A stretch of DNA of 64,000 bases, taken from Eledone cirrhosa. Taxonomy: Eukaryota. Made by a program: the position numbers and the translations under genes. A model generated the notes under the pieces. It was not told where the DNA came from and did not search any database. It saw nothing but the letters and a program-made list of their open reading frames with translations. The stretch spans positions 101,866,001 to 101,930,000 of the forward strand of contig OZ024742.1 in the NCBI GenBank assembly GCA_964016885.1, written 5' to 3'. Positions 29,911-42,308 of this stretch are shown piece by piece (the stretch's first letter is position 1; the number at the start of each line of letters is the position of its first letter).

Positions 29911-30507
29911 CAGGTCACTAGTTGGTGCTACTGGTAACATGTATCCCAGTACAATCTGTCACATGGTCGGGTCGTTGGCGACTAAACTGGCAACCCCACC
30001 AAGGTTCCTTGGTGAGGAGTGTGACTTTGGACATCCTGCAGGACTAATAACAAAACCTGTCAAAGAGCAAAGGAGCTCTTAAGAGTCAATGGCCATCCAA
30101 AATCACTGGGAGAGATGACCCCTTAGCCTTTGTCAAGGCAGAATTCTAGAAGGAAAACTCTGATATAACACCTGCAACCCTGATGGTATCCAATGATGTT
30201 GACTTGTTCTTCTTTTTGGTAAATATCATCTTGGTTAAGAGAGTGGGACTGGCTTTGTGCAGTGCCTTTGCTCACTATAAAAGCTTCACGGCACAAGCAT
30301 TTCTTTGTATCTGGAGATCTCTCTGCACTTGTCATCACATGGTACCATGGGCCCAGCACTATGTGTCAATAATTGTCACAAGTGTAGTGTTTGTACCAGA
30401 GTTTTCAAGTAGCTGGCTGGACTAAAAAGTCACACTCGTTCAGCGTATCGGTAGGGGTTCTCCTACATGGATATAAAGTAGTGGCCAAAACGAGTTGGCA
30501 GCCACCA
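29911..30507 (+). mobile_element. ~600-bp non-autonomous retroposon with (ATGT)n tail, probably RTE-derived
   Basis: Near-identical inverted copy at 35391-35986 and a deleted copy at 31761-31999. Non-coding. The 5' part resembles RTE-type 5' UTRs (recalled similarity, not a search result). Confidence 0.65.
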
Positions 30508-30513
30508 TGTATG

Positions 30514-30552
<39 letters not shown>

Positions 30553-30579
30553 GTATGTATATATGTATGTATATATATG

Positions 30580-30611
<32 letters not shown>

Positions 30612-30993
30612 TGTATGTATGTATGTATATATATGTATATGTTTGTATATATGTATGTATATATGTGTATGTATATATGTATATGTTTGTATATATGTAT
30701 GTATATATGTGTGTATGTATATATGTATGTATGTATATATGTATGTATATATATATGTGTATGTATATATATATATGTATGTGTATGTATATATATGTAT
30801 GTGTATGTATATATATGTATGTGTATGTATATATATATATGTATGTATATATATATATGTATGTGTACGTATATATATATATATGTGTATGTATATATAT
30901 ATATATGTATGCGTAGGTGTATATGTATTATGTATGTGTATGTATATATGTATTATGTATGTATGTATATATGTATGTACATATATGTATGTA

Positions 30994-31029
<36 letters not shown>

Positions 31030-31106
31030 TATGTATGTTTATGTATGTGTATATGTATGTATGTATGTATGTATACGTGTATGTATGTATGTATGTATAT
31101 GTATGT

Positions 31107-31660
31107 AAGGTCGCTTTTCAGTGTTACTGGTAACATGTAACCCAGTACAACCCGTGCACGGTCGGTCGCCGGCGACTAAATCGACAATTCCACCAAGTTA
31201 CTTGGTGAGGATGATGATTTTGGACACCCTGCGGGATGAAAAACAAAACCCGTCAAAGGGCCGAAGAACTCAGGAGGATCAATGGCCATCTAATAAAGTA
31301 TTTTTTTTTCATTTGGAGCGTGTGACTCGTAGCTTTCATTAAGACATCTCTCTAGGAGAAGGTCACTCTGAAAAGAAAAAAAAAGAACCTGCGACCTCGT
31401 TTGCATCCAATGTATACCAATTTTTCTTTTTGAATAAATGCATTCGATGTTCAGAGAATGGGATTGGCCCCGTGTAAATCCTTTCCTGACTTATAAAAGC
31501 TTCAAGCACAGGCATCGCTTGATGTGATATTTTTTTGCGATGCATAGTATTGCTGGCCATAGGCAAGTCCCTTGCAGGACTAAAGATACTGAAGCATGAG
31601 CATCGTCCACGTTGCTCATGCTTAAGTATCAAACATTACTCGAAATTGAGTCATCATCAT
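31107..31660 (+). mobile_element. Diverged relative of the 29911 element, with (CAT)n tail
   Basis: Shares the 5' module ACTGGTAACATGTAWCCCAGTACAA..GGTCGG..GGCGACTAAA..CACCAAG..CTTGGTGAGGA..AATGGCCATC. Has a KSLAGLK-like remnant near the 3' end. Confidence 0.55.
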
Positions 31661-31672
31661 AATATACATATG

Positions 31673-31706
<34 letters not shown>

Positions 31707-31760
31707 TGTATGTATGTATGTATGTATGTGTGTGTGTATGTATGTATGTATATGTATGTA

Positions 31761-31999
31761 TGAGTCGGGTTGTATCCCAGTACAACCTGACTCATGGTCG
31801 GGTCGTTGGCGACTAAACTGGCAACCCCACCATGGGCCCAGCACTATGTGTCAATAATTGTCACAAGTGTAGTGTTTGTACCAGAGTTTTCAAGTCGCTG
31901 GCTGGACTAAAAAGTCACACTCGTTCAGCGCATCGGTAGGGGTTCTCCTACATGGATATAAAGTATTGGCCGTACTCGAAAACGAGTTGGCAGCCACAA
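31761..31999 (+). mobile_element. Internally deleted copy of the 29911 element with a 5' fold-back
   Basis: 5' and 3' parts are joined at an ACCA microhomology. TGAGTCGGGTTGTA/TACAACCTGACTCA hairpin at 31761-31794. Confidence 0.7.
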
Positions 32000-32047
32000 T
32001 GTATATATATATATATGTATATGTATATATGTATATATGTATATGTA

Positions 32048-32089
<42 letters not shown>

Positions 32090-32251
32090 TATATATAAAT
32101 GAAAAGTATAGAAATTGTTGTAGCGAGAAGCTAACAATATATATATGTATATATGTATGTATAAATATATATGTATGTATATATTTAGCTCCATTAGCTC
32201 CATTCATCCATTTAGAATACATTGCGTAATATTTTTAATACAACCTATAAG

Positions 32252-32680
32252 CATCATCACCGTTTTACGTCCATTCTTCCACGCTAGCATGGTTTAGATG
32301 GGTTGTCCTGTCGTGGGCAGTGTCTGGTCGGCTGACCTTGTCTTGCTCATACGGGAACTGATTCTGGCTTGATTTTTTTACAGCTGGATGCCCTTCCTAA
32401 CACCAACCTCAGTTACAGTGAGTGATTGGTGTTTTTATCCCGTGGCGCCTACACGTCCACTTTACAGTGTGGGCTGGGTGCTTTTTTGCCGTGGCACCTC
32501 CACGACCACTTTGCAGTGGAATGATAGGGACCCCAGTCCCTATCATCTCATTTCTACAGCTGAGTAAACTGGAGCAATGTGAAATAAAGTGTCTTGCTCA
32601 AGGAAACCACACATCACCCGGTCTGAGAATTGAACTCATAACCTTTCGATTGCAAGCCCAATGCTCTAACCACTAAGCCA
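32252..32680 (-). mobile_element. tRNA-derived SINE with RTE 3' tail
   Basis: Minus strand: A box TGGCTTAGTGG, B box GAGTTCAATTC, a CCTTGAGCAAGACACT central domain, then RTE 3' UTR and GAT tail. Second copy at 50815-51152. Confidence 0.85.
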
Positions 32681-32738
32681 TATATATGTATATATATATG
32701 TACATATATATATATGTGTGTGTGTACGTATATATGTC

Positions 32739-32769
<31 letters not shown>

Positions 32770-32976
32770 ATATACGTCTGTATGTATATATATATATATG
32801 TGTGTGTATATATATGTCTATGTATGTATACATATACGTCTATATATATATATGTGTATGTATGCATATATTTATGTACGTATATATATGTGTGTATGTA
32901 TATATATATGTGTGTGTATGTATATATATATATGTGTGTATATATATGTGTATGTGTATGTGTGTATGTGTGTTTG

Positions 32977-33013
<37 letters not shown>

Positions 33014-33374
33014 ATATATATGTGTGTATGTGTATATATATATGTATATCTATATATATGTATATATATATATGTATTTGTGTGTATGTATATATATACC
33101 TACGTGTATATGTATGTATATATGTGTATATGTATGTATATATGTGTATGTATATATATATATGTGTATGTATATATATATATGTGTGTATATGTATGTA
33201 TATATACGTGTATATATATGTGTGTGTATATGTATGTGTGTTTGTGTGTCTATACATATATACACACGCACATAGAACGAAGAATAAACAAGAGAAACAT
33301 ATGCAAACAGTCTCATGGGTTTAACGCTTGGGAATCGATCAAGACAAAGAAAAGGGAAACAGGAACTAATATAC

Positions 33375-33453
<79 letters not shown>

Positions 33454-33493
33454 CAGAATATTAATAAATGAAGACATTCACATAATCAAAATG

Positions 33494-33552
33494 TTTTATA
33501 TATATTTCGAAGGTACTGTGCTTTCTTTTCAGTACGTCCTCGTCAGATAGAA
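33494..33552 (-). ncRNA. Hammerhead motif, family C (left arm, stem I/III register damaged)
   Basis: Same core and stem II. A 3-nt loss after GAAA and a stem I mismatch. Confidence 0.55.
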
Positions 33553-33667
33553 TACATGAATTGATGTATGACATACCTCAACGGTCTTGATGGTTCAATT
33601 CCAGTACTGCCAATACTGGAATTGAACCATCAATACCGTTGAGGCGTGTCATACATCAATTCATCTA

Positions 33668-33730
33668 TTTTATCTGACGAGGACGTACTGAAAAAAACAG
33701 CTCAGTACCTTCGAAATATATATAATAAAA
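33668..33730 (+). ncRNA. Hammerhead ribozyme motif, family C (right arm)
   Basis: TTTTAT-CTGACGA-GGACGTACTGA(10 nt)TCAGTACCTTC-GAAA-TATATA-TA-ATAAAA. Confidence 0.8.
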
Positions 33731-34028
33731 CATATATTTTGATTATGTGAATGTCTTCATTTATTAATATTCTGAATAATATTAATAACTCCAGAAAACT
33801 GTCTTGTAGAATGCTTTTAATCTATTGTACTTACTGCTCGATGCGCCGAACGGCGCGGAAGAATCTAAGACTAAGATATATATATATATAATAAATAGAG
33901 AACAAAAAACAGAGAGGCAGTACAAATGATATTAGTATTAGTTTCACGCTTGAGAGTGGGGCGTTATATATAATGTGTTTGTGTGTGTATATATATGTGT
34001 GTTTGTGTGTGTATATATATATATATAT

Positions 34029-34585
34029 CCGTATGGGTGAGAGACGTATCCTCCCAAAAAACGTTTTATGGCGGCTCAAGCTGGGCAAAAGGGTAATTAG
34101 CAAGCCAAGGAGGAGGCGTACAGAGGCTCTCTAGAAGCGAACTTAAAATGCCTTAACAGATGCTACAAAAATATTGAATCATGTCTAGCATATAGTGTAG
34201 CCTGGAGTTAAAGCAGTTGAAAACTGAAAAGTGTGGAAGAATGAGATCAACAGTAATAATGATGAATCTTATCCAGTGTTGGTTATCAAATGCCCTGTGT
34301 GCACCAAGGTGTGCCTTTCAAACGATGGCTTGAAGTCACACCAACGAGCAGATGATGGTAAAGTCTAAGTTGATTATTTAAACTTAGTTACGGAGAATCA
34401 GTTCCAGTGCCATGTTTGTCAAAAGATTTGCAAATCAGGTGGTGTATTGAAGCGACATCTAGGCATACACAATGGCACCGAAAGTAGAAACAAGAACGAA
34501 ATGCCCTTTGAGATCTCATGCCCGGAAGGAACAGACATAAAGTGCAAGAAGTGATCAGGGCTTGTATAGAGCAGACGACTTTCAT
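34029..34585 (+). pseudogene. Decayed RTE 3' end with C2H2 zinc fingers
   Basis: Remnants RMGERR..LPK, CPVCTKVCLSNDGLKSHQR and HVCQKICKSGGVLKRHLGIH, across frameshifts. Confidence 0.6.
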
Positions 34586-34630
34586 ATATACTTCTCTCTC
34601 TTTCCCTCTCTTTCTCTCCATGTGTATGCA

Positions 34631-34661
<31 letters not shown>

Positions 34662-34746
34662 TCATGTGTATGTGTGTGTGCGCGTGTGTGTGTGTGTGTA
34701 TATATATTCATGTGTATGCATATGTGTGTATATATATATATTCATG

Positions 34747-34792
<46 letters not shown>

Positions 34793-34846
34793 TGTGTATG
34801 GATATGTCTGTATATATGTTCAAGTATATATATAAGTATATATTCG

Positions 34847-34881
<35 letters not shown>

Positions 34882-34891
34882 ATGTATATAT

Positions 34892-35118
34892 TAGTCCACA
34901 CTGTAAAGTGGTCGTGTACAAAAAGCACCCAGCCCATACTAAAGTGGTCGTGTAGGTGTCGTGCAAAAAGCACCCATCACACACACTGTACAGTGGTTGG
35001 CGTTAGGAAGGTGCCGTAGAAACCAAGCCAGAAACAGTTCTATACGAGTAAGATACGGTCACCTGACCCAACTTGCCTCAAATGCTACAACCCGTGTAAT
35101 GGACGTTAAACGATGATT
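34892..35118 (+). mobile_element. Decayed RTE 3' UTR fragment
   Basis: CACACTGTAAAGTGGT, GGCGTTAGGAAGG and GGACGTTAAACGATGAT end motifs. Confidence 0.65.
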
Positions 35119-35276
35119 ATATAGATAATATATGTATTATGTCTATGTATATATACGAATGTATATATATGTATACATATGAATGTATATATATATGTAT
35201 ACATATGAATGTATATATCTCTATACATACGAATGTATATTTTTTATATATATATGAATGCATACATATGTATATA

Positions 35277-35312
<36 letters not shown>

Positions 35313-35390
35313 CACACACATATATATATATATATACACACATGCATGTGTGTGTGTGTATGTGTAAATATATATATACACATACATACA

Positions 35391-35986
35391 TGGTGGCTGC
35401 CAACTCGTTTTCGAGTACGGCCACTACTTTATATCCATGTAGGAGAACCCCTACGGATGCGCTGAACGAGTGTGACTTTTTAGTCCAGCCAGCGATTTGA
35501 AAACTCTGGTACAAACACTACACTTTTGACAATTATTGACACATAGTGCTGGGCCCATGGTACCATCTGACGACAAGTGCAGAGAGATCTCCAGATATAA
35601 AGCAATGCCTGTGCCGTGAAGCTTTTATAGTGAGCAAAGGCACTGCACAAAGCCAGTCCCACTCTCTTAAACAAGATGATATGTACCAAAAAGAAGAACA
35701 AGTCAACATCATTGGATACCATCAGGGTTGCAGGTGTTATATCAGAGTTTTCCTTCTCCTAGAATTCTGCCTTGACAAAGGCTAAGGGGTCATCTCTCCC
35801 GGTGATTTTGGATGGCCATTGACTCTTAAGAGCTCCTTTGCCCTTTGACAGGTTTTGTTTTTAGTCCTGCAGGATGTCCAAAGTCACCCTCCTCACCAAG
35901 AAACCTTGGTGGGGTTGCCAGTTTAGTCGCCAACGACCCGACCATGAGACAGGTTGTACTGGGATACATGTTACCAGTAGCACCAA
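35391..35986 (-). mobile_element. Second copy of the ~600-bp non-autonomous retroposon
   Basis: Reverse complement of 29922-30507, flanked by (TACA)n. Confidence 0.8.
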
Positions 35987-36049
35987 TACATACATACATA
36001 CATACATACATACATACATACATACATACATACATACATGTTACATATA

Positions 36050-36410
36050 TGTACTAAGGGAACATTCAATTACTGGAACTTTCTCTACCTGTACAATTTG
36101 TGTCAGAATCTGCCTGTCTGAGACTGGACTTCAATCTCACCTCAGATCACACAATAGGACACTTCCTAATATAAATCAGTTCAACCTTATCAACGTCACA
36201 TCTGCTACAAGATCTGCAAATCTCAAGGAGGTTTAAGGAGACATTTCAAGGTTCAAGATATACATTCACCGACATCAAGATATAGCTGCACCGAAACTAA
36301 TATGCAATATATGTGGGTGGCTTAAAAAAATGTCTGGTTTAAAAAGACAAGATTTCATGCCAAAACTGAGCATCATGTACACTGGAGCTTTGTATTGAGC
36401 TGTCAAACGT
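36050..36410 (+). pseudogene. Decayed RTE 3' end with C2H2 fingers
   Basis: CTICVRICLSETGLQSHLRSH, and HICYKICKSQGGLRRHFKV in an adjacent frame. Confidence 0.55.
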
Positions 36411-36605
36411 GTGTGTGTGTGTATATGTGTAATTTGCCTAATGGCATAACTTACCTCTACCTGTTTTGTTATGTTCCAATGTGTACTGGGATGAATAGCA
36501 CCGATCTTAATTAACCGAAACCGTAGTGATTTTCTGAGGGTGACTGAGAAAATGGGACTGTCCGTTTTTCCTTTTTTTTTTTCTATTGTCTTTATCCCTT
36601 GTGCT

Positions 36606-36670
<65 letters not shown>

Positions 36671-36673
36671 ATG

Positions 36674-36790
36674 TGCGTGGCTGGATGATTAGAGAATTGG
36701 ATTCGCAGTCGTGGGGTTGTGAATTCAATTCCCGGACGGGGCGATGCGTTATGTCCTTGAGCAAGGCACTTTATTTCACGTTGCTCCTGC
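36674..36790 (+). mobile_element. tRNA-derived SINE 5' part
   Basis: A/B-box-like head plus GTCCTTGAGCAAGGCACTTTATTTCAC. Similar heads at 40650-40758 and 42735-42880. Confidence 0.7.
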
Positions 36791-36894
36791 CTGGATTTGC
36801 GACCTGTAGATATTATTAGCAATTGGAAAGACCAATGGAAACATTGTTTCCTCAGTCCGATTTGACGACGTCTGGGATCTTGTCGATCGACTGT

Positions 36895-36927
<33 letters not shown>

Positions 36928-36929
36928 CA

Positions 36930-36965
<36 letters not shown>

Positions 36966-36988
36966 CACATACAATATGTGTGTGTTTG

Positions 36989-37059
<71 letters not shown>

Positions 37060-40039
37060 ATGTGTGTGGAATGACCAAATGTTTTTCAACATAGCCCGTT
37101 GAAAGAAACAATGCAGTTATTAAGAGTTGAAATTAATGGATGCTAGATTACACAGCTCTAACATAACTCCTTCATGGTCAGCCTATGAACTTTTCAGCTC
37201 ACCCTCGTATATATGTATGTATACATGTGTGTGTATGTGTATATATATATATATATATACATATATACACACATAAGTACACGTGTAAGAACTAATGTTC
37301 TTTAAGCGAACATATGACATTGCAGTTATAGGTGTGAAGGAGGGGATGAAAAAAAAGACAACCTGAGACATTCTAATGCATTTATTTCTAATTTGTATTT
37401 ATTGAAGGAATGTGGAGGGGAGCGATGACGTGAAAGGCGGCTCCTATTATTGTTTGTGTAAAGCGACCGTTAGTGCCATCATATGCTTAGAGCATGACCT
37501 AGATGCTGGTTGGTTTTGGCTTCTAGTAGGAAGAGCAGGATGGAGATGATAGTATATTATCTATATCTTTAATTGATATGTCCTATAGCCTCCTCTATCT
37601 AGCTTGTTTAGCATCTGCTTCTTTAATTCGTTCGTTTGCTTGCACTGCTAAGTCAAAATAGCTGATTTTACACCTGATACCCCCTCTCTCTCTCTTAAGC
37701 AAATACAGTTCTTTCTTTTTTTTTTTCTCACAGTTTCTCTTTTTCTTCCTCTCTTTCTGTTACACACTCACAGGATTTCTTTCACACACATACAGCTCTC
37801 TCTCTTTCACACACATACAGCTCTCTCTCTCTTTCGCATGCACTCTCTCTTTTCGCACGCACTCTCTCTTTCACACGCTCTCTCTCTCTCACACGCACTC
37901 TCTCTCTCTCTCTTTTTCACACGTTCTCTCTCTCTTTCACACGCACTCTCGCTCTCTTTCACACGCACTCTCTCTTTCACACACACTCTCTCTCACATTC
38001 TCTTTCACTCATACACAACAGTTCTACATACACACAGTTCCTGCCTTCATATGACTTTGTCCTCGCTACGTATGTTTTGTATGTCTTATAAGAGAGCAGA
38101 CTGCAAGTATAACGCTTGCCTTTGATGTCATCTAATGATATCTAGCACGTAGACACATAAGCGTGTGTGTATGTGTGTCTGTTTCTTTGTGGTTTATTGG
38201 TGTTTGTGTTATTAATACACCTATCAGCAATTGCTTATTATGAAGTACAGGAGTACTCACACGGAGCGATGTGTGTAATGGAGAAACATAACTGTCATTG
38301 AATGTATGTGATAGTATGTATACATGTTATACAAATGTATTTGTTGTTGGTGTGTTCATGCATATATTTTGTATGAATTTATGTTTATATATGTAATCAT
38401 GCGTGTATGTATGTATTCTATTGAGATTACAGGGGGTGACCTAAGTCACTAATATGTAATGTAGAGAATTTCATTGAACACACCCAGTTTAATATATGTG
38501 TGTCTGATGTCCACAAATATGTTTTGGGTAATTTCTTCGTAAAAATAAGAAAGCATATTTTGTTTAATTTTGCTGAATATCTATTTATATTTTTGAAACC
38601 CCGGCCTTCATTATTTCAGTAATTGCACTGTATTTATATCTTATGGTTAAAGTTCTCTTGCCAGTCACGAGGTTCGATGTTTCACCTTCTTGCGCGTCAT
38701 CACGTCAAAGTGTCTTTTCCCTTAGGTCAAAGCTTTTTTTTAGATCAACTAGAGAAACTGCGTACTGTCTGTCCAACCTTGTCACAGTTGTGTGTTGATT
38801 CTAACCGATGAATACGTTTGTGTGTATGGGTGAGTGTGCATTTATGTATGGGCAGCGAATTGACATTCGTTAGAATGTCAGATAGAATACTTCGTGTTAT
38901 TCCTTTTGGTTCTGACCTTCCTAACACCAATTACTTTACAGCGAGTATTGGGAGCATTTTATCCTGAATCCGATACTACCACCAAACATTTTGTCCGAAA
39001 TCCTTGGTTCTGAGCGTGTATTACCTAGTGTATATAGTTGAAAAAGTTTAGAACACTGAGTAAGTAGCAGTTGCAGTACCACTGCTTGTTGCTGCTGTTT
39101 AGCACTTGCTCAAACCTTATCAATCAGACCTATAATTAAAGGTGTACTTGTCTTTAAGGTACAGTTTTTCAACGACATTCAGAAACATGTCTCCTATTAT
39201 GACTGTGAAATATGATTTAAGGGAGTCGCAGCTTCTATTTCTAGCAGTTTTAGAGACTGTAGTGACTCCCTCAGTGCGGTAGATTTAGTTGATTGTATAT
39301 GCTCTTCCCTGTAAAAACTGGCCTTCGGTCTACTAGAAAAAGAAATTTGATTCCTGTGACCCCTGATAGATCTTTATTTACAATGCTTGCAGTAGACATT
39401 AGCTATGTCAGTGCATGTTTAGGAGTGAAGTGGGTGGCCTCTCAAAATATCACAGTAACTTGATTAAAATAGAGTTAATCAGTATGATGAGCTAAGCAGA
39501 AGTATTATCAAATTAACTTGAAGTAACTGATAAAGTTTATAACTATTTTGGTCAACATGTAATACATACACATATGTAGTAGTGGTTGTATACAGTACTC
39601 AATGCAAAGTTAGATGTGTGTCTATTTTTGATACCAATCCACTCACTAAAAACTACCTCTGGTTCTATGATAGAAAACCACCCATTTTAAAGGGTTCCTA
39701 ACTGGAGCCGTCGAACATAATTTCACATGAACATTTAAAAAAAAAATCATATTACAAATACTATCTTAATAATTGTTTCTATTTTTGGCACAAGGCCAGC
39801 AATTATCCTAGTGCATTACTGGGACCTTATTTTATCGACCTTGTAAGGATGAAGGGCAAAGTTTTAATGAAGTAATTCCCTTCAAGTTGATCAATTAATT
39901 CAAATACAGTGTATTTCATTATATATTTAGTTAAGTTACTATCTTATTAATGAAATAATTAATAATTTTAGTAAATCACTCACATTTTTTCATTAATTGA
40001 AATAATGTTTCATTAGAAATACAGTAAAGAAAGGGTTAA

Positions 40040-40590
40040 AGCCCCCTGTAAAATTGCAAAAGTCAGCTTTAATACACTGAAAGATAAAGCTGCTGTTCCC
40101 AAAACTGGCTCACTAAATGCAGATTCTCAAGGGATAAGTGAAATACTGAATGAACAATTAGTGTTATCCCTGATATGAAACAAGCAAATAAGCCAGATGA
40201 CCTCTGACATTACAGCTCTATATGGAGAAATAGCAACTATCAATTACATCGGTATCAGTAATCTTTCTAAAAAAATGTAAACAGGTTTTAGCAAAACCAC
40301 TGCAAATTCTTTTTCAAAGCTTCCTTACATGTGGTGCTAAACTGAGGAATTAAAGGAAGGCATATTATGCCTTATCCATAAAAGAGGAACAAAGCAAATG
40401 TTAAAAAATCACAGTCCTATCTCTGACAAAGTTATGGAACAAATTATTAGAAGGAAACTGGGAAGATAATGACAACCATCTTGTCTTTTGTCTGAGAAGC
40501 AGCAGCTTCACACAGCTTTTACAGCACTATAACTGGCTGTTGAAACAGCAGCTAAACCACTCAAATGTGGATGTGGTATATCTCAAAAGT
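40040..40590 (+). pseudogene. Old CR1-group RT remnant (3' part continues at ~42310-42600)
   Basis: Degraded EILNEQ, KNHSPISL, KVMEQII, TQLLQHY and NVDVVYL motifs. Interrupted by a SINE and an RTE. Confidence 0.5.
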
Positions 40591-40779
40591 TGGTCACTTT
40601 ACTTACTGGAGCAAAGACATGAAAGATATGCAATGATATATATAAGTGAAGGTGCATGGTTTAGCTGTTAGAGCATTGGGCTTGCAATTGGGGGTTGTGA
40701 GTTCGATTCTTGGACCGGATGATGCATTGAGCTAGACACTTTATTTCATGTTGCTCCAAGGGGGTCTTATACCCTTGTG

Positions 40780-42308
40780 TGTGTCACTCTACCTGGCATT
40801 CGTCGATCTCGAGAAAGCCTTTGACAGAGTTCCACGTGCTATAATCTGGTGGACTCTTAGAAAACTAGGAGTAGATGAATGGCTTGTGAAAGCTGTACAA
40901 GCCATGTATAGGGGAGCAGTCAGCAAAGTTAGGATTAGCAATGAGTATAGCGACGAATTTAGCGTACAGGTTGGTGTCCACCAGGGCTCTGTTCTTAGCC
41001 CTCTCCTGTTCATCATAGTCCTGCAGGCAATAACAGAGGAGTTTAAGACCGGATGCAGATGACCTCGCACTTATAGCTGAATCTATGGTAGAACTAAAGA
41101 AATTCCAAACTTAGAAGCAGGGGCTAGAAAGAAAGGGTCTCAAAGTCAACCTGACAAAGACTAAGGTCCTTGTAAGTAGACGAGAAAACAGAACCCAGAT
41201 CCCCTCAAGGAAATGGCCTTGCTCAGTATGTAGGAAAGGTGTAGGTAGGAACTCAATTCTCTGCCCCAAATGCAAACAATGGGTACACAAGAGATGTAGC
41301 GGGATCTCAGGAAGCTTAACTAAGAATGTAGGCTTCACATGTAGCAGCTGTGCTGGGACAGCAAGCAGAAAACAGCCACAGGAAACAAGTACCACCAAAC
41401 TCTGGGAGGGCTCTGTAGAAACAGTAGACAGTTTCTGCTACCTAGGTGATCGAATTAGCAGCGGAGGTGGGTGTTTGGAAAGTACAATAACTAGGGTAAG
41501 AACGGGATGGAAGAAGTTCAGGGAGCTAATGTCACTGCTAGCTGCTTTTCCCTCAAATGAAAGGCAGACTGTATGATGCGTGTATCCTAACAGCAATGTT
41601 ACATGGTAGTGAGACCTGAGCGCTGTCTGTGGAAGACTTGCGTAGATTAGAAAGAAACGAAGCCTGCATGCTCCGATGGATGTGTAATAATAATATACGC
41701 GAACGGCAAAGCATAAATGAATTTAGAGAGAGACTGAGCATAAGAGGAATCAAATGCTGCGTGCAGGAGAGGTGGTTGCGTTGGTATGGACATGTGATGC
41801 GTATGAAGGATGACAGCTGCATAAAAAGGTGCAGAGCACTAGAAGTCGATGGAAACCGCGGAGTGGGAAGACCCAAGAAGACCTAGGATGAGGTGATAAA
41901 AGCCGACCTTACCCAGTTACTCCTCTCAAAGGCGATGACACACGACCGTGTCCTCTGGCGTCACACAGTAATACAGAAGACACCCCCACCCCCACGAGTA
42001 CAAGCTGAAGCATATAGACAATATGCCCCCACACCCTCCCACTGCAAAGTGGTCGTGGAGGTGCCACAGCAAAAAAAGCACCCAGCCCACACTGTGAAGT
42101 GGACATGTAGGCGCCATGGAAAAAAGCACCCAGCACTCACTGTAAATGAGGTTGGTGTTAGGAAGGGCATCCAGCTGTAGAAATCAAGCCAGAATCAGTT
42201 CCCGTAGGAGCAAGACAAGGTCAGCCGACCGGACACTGCCCACAGCAGGACAACCCGTCTAACCCATGCTAGCGTGGAAGAACGGACGTCAAACGGTGAT
42301 GATATGAT
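40780..42308 (+). mobile_element. Decayed RTE LINE (RT, PHD finger, 3' UTR, GAT tail)
   Basis: [48 protein letters not shown] and [11 protein letters not shown], with frameshifts and stops. Confidence 0.9.

Larger units (their letters stand above)
33452..33776. repeat. 325-bp palindrome with a hammerhead motif in each arm (inverted PLE pLTR-like)
   Basis: Arms 33452-33606 and 33614-33776 are near-perfect reverse complements. Confidence 0.88.

Noticed and set aside
29965-30010. Pistol or twister ribozyme assignment for the GTCG-TTGG-CGAC-TAAA motif
   Set aside because: The putative pseudoknot partner does not covary in the 31107 copy, and the other consensus residues are missing.
32600-32680. 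tRNA-like sequences (also at 36674, 40650, 42735, 47620, 60000)
   Set aside because: A/B boxes without a complete cloverleaf, followed by SINE bodies. These are SINE heads, not tRNA genes.
34270-36300. C2H2 zinc-finger motifs as a host transcription-factor gene
   Set aside because: Frameshifted, and at 34029 preceded by RTE C-terminal motifs. Best explained as retroelement 3' ends.
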